From Nitrosospira multiformis ATCC 25196 (GTDB lineage Bacteria > Pseudomonadota > Gammaproteobacteria > Burkholderiales > Nitrosomonadaceae), in NCBI RefSeq assembly GCF_000196355.1, contig NC_007614.1, positions 1,260,001-1,292,000 of the forward strand: a stretch of DNA of 32,000 bases, given 5' to 3'. The notes beneath the pieces were generated by a model that was not told the origin of the DNA, did not search any database, and saw nothing but the letters and a program-made list of their open reading frames with translations. How positions within the stretch are numbered: position 1 is the stretch's first letter; each line of letters begins with the position of its first letter. Of this stretch, positions 30,142 through 32,000 are shown piece after piece. Position numbers and translations under genes: made by a program.

Positions 30142-31587
30142 TCAGTTTTCTACTTTTGCAGTTGCGCGCTTGCTGGCGTTTTCCTTGATATAGCTGATAG
30201 CCTGAACCAGCAGCAGGTCATCGCTGGAACCGAACTCAGCAGGTGACTCACGCTTCTTGTTCTTGTCTTCCTCGTTCTCGGACTTGACCGGCTTGACTCC
30301 CGGTTTTGGCGCGACCTTTGTTTCCGGCACTCCCTTCGCCTCCGTCTCCCGTTTCTGGTCCTCAGCCTTGCCATTGGATAGATGACGATCGAGATCAGCT
30401 TCACGCAGGCGCTCGACTTCATCCTTTGCCAATTCATCCATGACATCAGGCGTGATTCCCTTGGCCTGGATGGATTGTCCATTTGGCGTATAGTACCGTG
30501 CCGTGGTCAATTTGATAGCTGTGTTGTTTCCCAGCGGTAAAATGGTTTGCACCGAACCTTTACCGAAGGTTTGCGTTCCCATCACGATCGACCGTTTATG
30601 ATCCTGCAGCGCGCCGGCAACGATTTCCGAAGCCGAAGCCGAGCCGCCATTTACGAGTGTCACCATCGGTACGGTCTTGATACCCGCTGGGAGCCGCTTG
30701 ACGTAGTCGTTCTTCGTATCGCGCAGATAGAACTCGGGACTGGCCTTGAGTTTCATCTTCGCATCTTCGCTACGGCCATCGGTATAGACAACCAGAGAAT
30801 CCTCCGGTAAAAAGGCCGCAGATACTGCCACTGCTCCATTCAACAGGCCCCCCGGGTCATTACGCAAGTCCAGCACCAGTCCCTTCATCGAGCCACCGCT
30901 TTCCTTGAAAAGCTTATCTATCGCCTTCGCCAGGTTTTCCCCCGTCTGTTCCTGAAACTGGGTGATACGAATATATCCGTAGCCAGGCTCGATCATTTTC
31001 GACTTCACGCTTTGTATCCTGATGACGGCGCGAACCAGTGGGAACACAATCGGCTTGGCCTCGCCCTTGCGCACGACGGTAAGGGTAATAGGCGTATCGG
31101 GCTTGCCGCGCATGCGCTTGATGGCCTCCGTAAGCGAGAGCCCCTTGACCGCGGTATCGTCCAGCTTGATGATAAGATCTCCGGGTTTTATCCCGGCGCG
31201 GAAGGCGGGCGTATCCTCGATAGGAGAAATGACCTTGACAAATCCGTCTTCCATGCTCACTTCGATGCCCAGGCCCCCGAACTCACCCTGAGTGCCAATC
31301 TGCAGCTCCTTGAAAGCATCTGCATCCAGATAGGCGGAATGGGGATCGAGGCCTGTCAGCATGCCATTGATGGCTTCAGTGATGAGCTTTTTGTCTTCTA
31401 CCGGTTCGACGTAATCATTTTTTATCCGGCCGAACACTTCTGTGAAGGCCCGAAGCTCCTCCACCGGAAGGGGATGCAGGACCCCCTGCGGTTCCTTATT
31501 GGCAACAGCAGAAAAATTGAGGCTCAGCATCACGCCGGCGATTGCACCGAAAATGACGAGGCCGAACTGCCGCATTTTGTCGCCCAT
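30142..31587 (-). CDS. ctpA: Carboxy-terminal processing protease (S41 family, CtpA/Prc-like) with PDZ domain
   Basis: LGGLGIEVSMEDGFVKVISPIEDTPAFRAGIKPGDLIIKLDD (PDZ), LVNGGSASASEIVAGALQDHKRSIVMGTQTFGKGSVQTILPLG (catalytic Ser/Lys region). Tracked ORF opens at 31605; ATG 31587 or 31575 are also plausible. Confidence 0.93.
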   Translation of the reverse strand: MGDKMRQFGLVIFGAIAGVMLSLNFSAVANKEPQGVLHPLPVEELRAFTEVFGRIKNDYVEPVEDKKLITEAINGMLTGLDPHSAYLDADAFKELQIGTQGEFGGLGIEVSMEDGFVKVISPIEDTPAFRAGIKPGDLIIKLDDTAVKGLSLTEAIKRMRGKPDTPITLTVVRKGEAKPIVFPLVRAVIRIQSVKSKMIEPGYGYIRITQFQEQTGENLAKAIDKLFKESGGSMKGLVLDLRNDPGGLLNGAVAVSAAFLPEDSLVVYTDGRSEDAKMKLKASPEFYLRDTKNDYVKRLPAGIKTVPMVTLVNGGSASASEIVAGALQDHKRSIVMGTQTFGKGSVQTILPLGNNTAIKLTTARYYTPNGQSIQAKGITPDVMDELAKDEVERLREADLDRHLSNGKAEDQKRETEAKGVPETKVAPKPGVKPVKSENEEDKNKKRESPAEFGSSDDLLLVQAISYIKENASKRATAKVEN

Positions 31588-31623
31588 TAAATATTCTCCA
31601 AACAAGTCAAATTGTTGCTTAGA

Positions 31624-32000
31624 TCATTTTATTCTGACCCAGTTCAAAGGGTCAAACGGTTTGCCCTGATGGCGCAATTCGAAGTATAGGCCGGTATCGG
31701 AATTTCCACTGCTATTGCCTACTGTGGCTATCGTCTCTCCGGCATTGATCACGTCTCCCACCCGCTTATGGACTGCTTCATTATTTCCATAAAGACTCAT
31801 ATAGTTGTCGCCGTGGTCCAGAATCATCAGGTTGCCGAACCCTCTGAGCCAGTCGGCGAATACGACGCGTCCATTTGCAATCGCCTTCACACTCTCGCCG
31901 CCAGCGGCGCGGATGAACAACCCTTTCCAGGTAACGCCACCATCTGCACGTGGACTGCCGAAGCGGTTTGCAAGTTCCCCGCGCACCGGTGAATTCAGGT
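31624..32000 (-). CDS. envC: M23-family peptidase C-terminal domain (EnvC-like), truncated by window edge
   Basis: PVRGELANRFGSPRADGGVTWKGLFIRAAGGESVKAIANGRVVFADWLRGFGNLMILDHGDNYMSLYGNNEAVHKRVGDVINAGETIATVGNSSGNSDTGLYFELRHQGKPFDPLNWV, next to a ctpA-like gene, a common envC-ctpA arrangement. The protein continues beyond base 32000. Confidence 0.8.
   Translation of the reverse strand, partial: LNSPVRGELANRFGSPRADGGVTWKGLFIRAAGGESVKAIANGRVVFADWLRGFGNLMILDHGDNYMSLYGNNEAVHKRVGDVINAGETIATVGNSSGNSDTGLYFELRHQGKPFDPLNWVRIK

Noticed and set aside
31012-31590. 192-aa plus-strand ORF opposite the ctpA-like gene
   Set aside because: Antisense to a conserved protease.

Overview
The window is mostly housekeeping DNA from what looks like a betaproteobacterium, possibly of the Nitrosospira/Nitrosomonas type (inferred from gene order and protein style, not tested). 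Left half, + strand: the 3' part of a NADH dehydrogenase I operon, nuoD(partial)-E-F-G-H-I-J-K-L-M-N. Middle: an SLC13/ArsB-like permease, a YchJ-like SEC-C protein, an SrkA/YihE-like kinase and a PQQ-type sorbosone/glucose dehydrogenase-like protein, all on the - strand. These are followed by htpG (+) and an NhaR-like LysR regulator (-), which is divergent from an RND metal-efflux operon (OMF-MFP-CzcA-like, +). Right: a decayed P-II-like gene directly after the RND pump, argB, slmA, a MoeB/ThiF-like E1 protein, a CtpA-type S41 peptidase, and the C-terminus of an EnvC-like M23 protein. I found no CRISPR array, transposon, phage, toxin-antitoxin, defence or secondary-metabolite cluster, and I see no convincing new multi-gene system. 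The items most worth checking are the frameshifted P-II-like gene behind the RND pump, the Pro/Ala-rich N-terminus of the OMF protein, the non-canonical proton-relay motif of the RND pump, strong unannotated hairpins (30078-30126, 19608-19666), the hairpin-rich slmA-moeB gap, the odd nuoI-nuoJ gap, and a 16-codon ORF coupled to nuoG.
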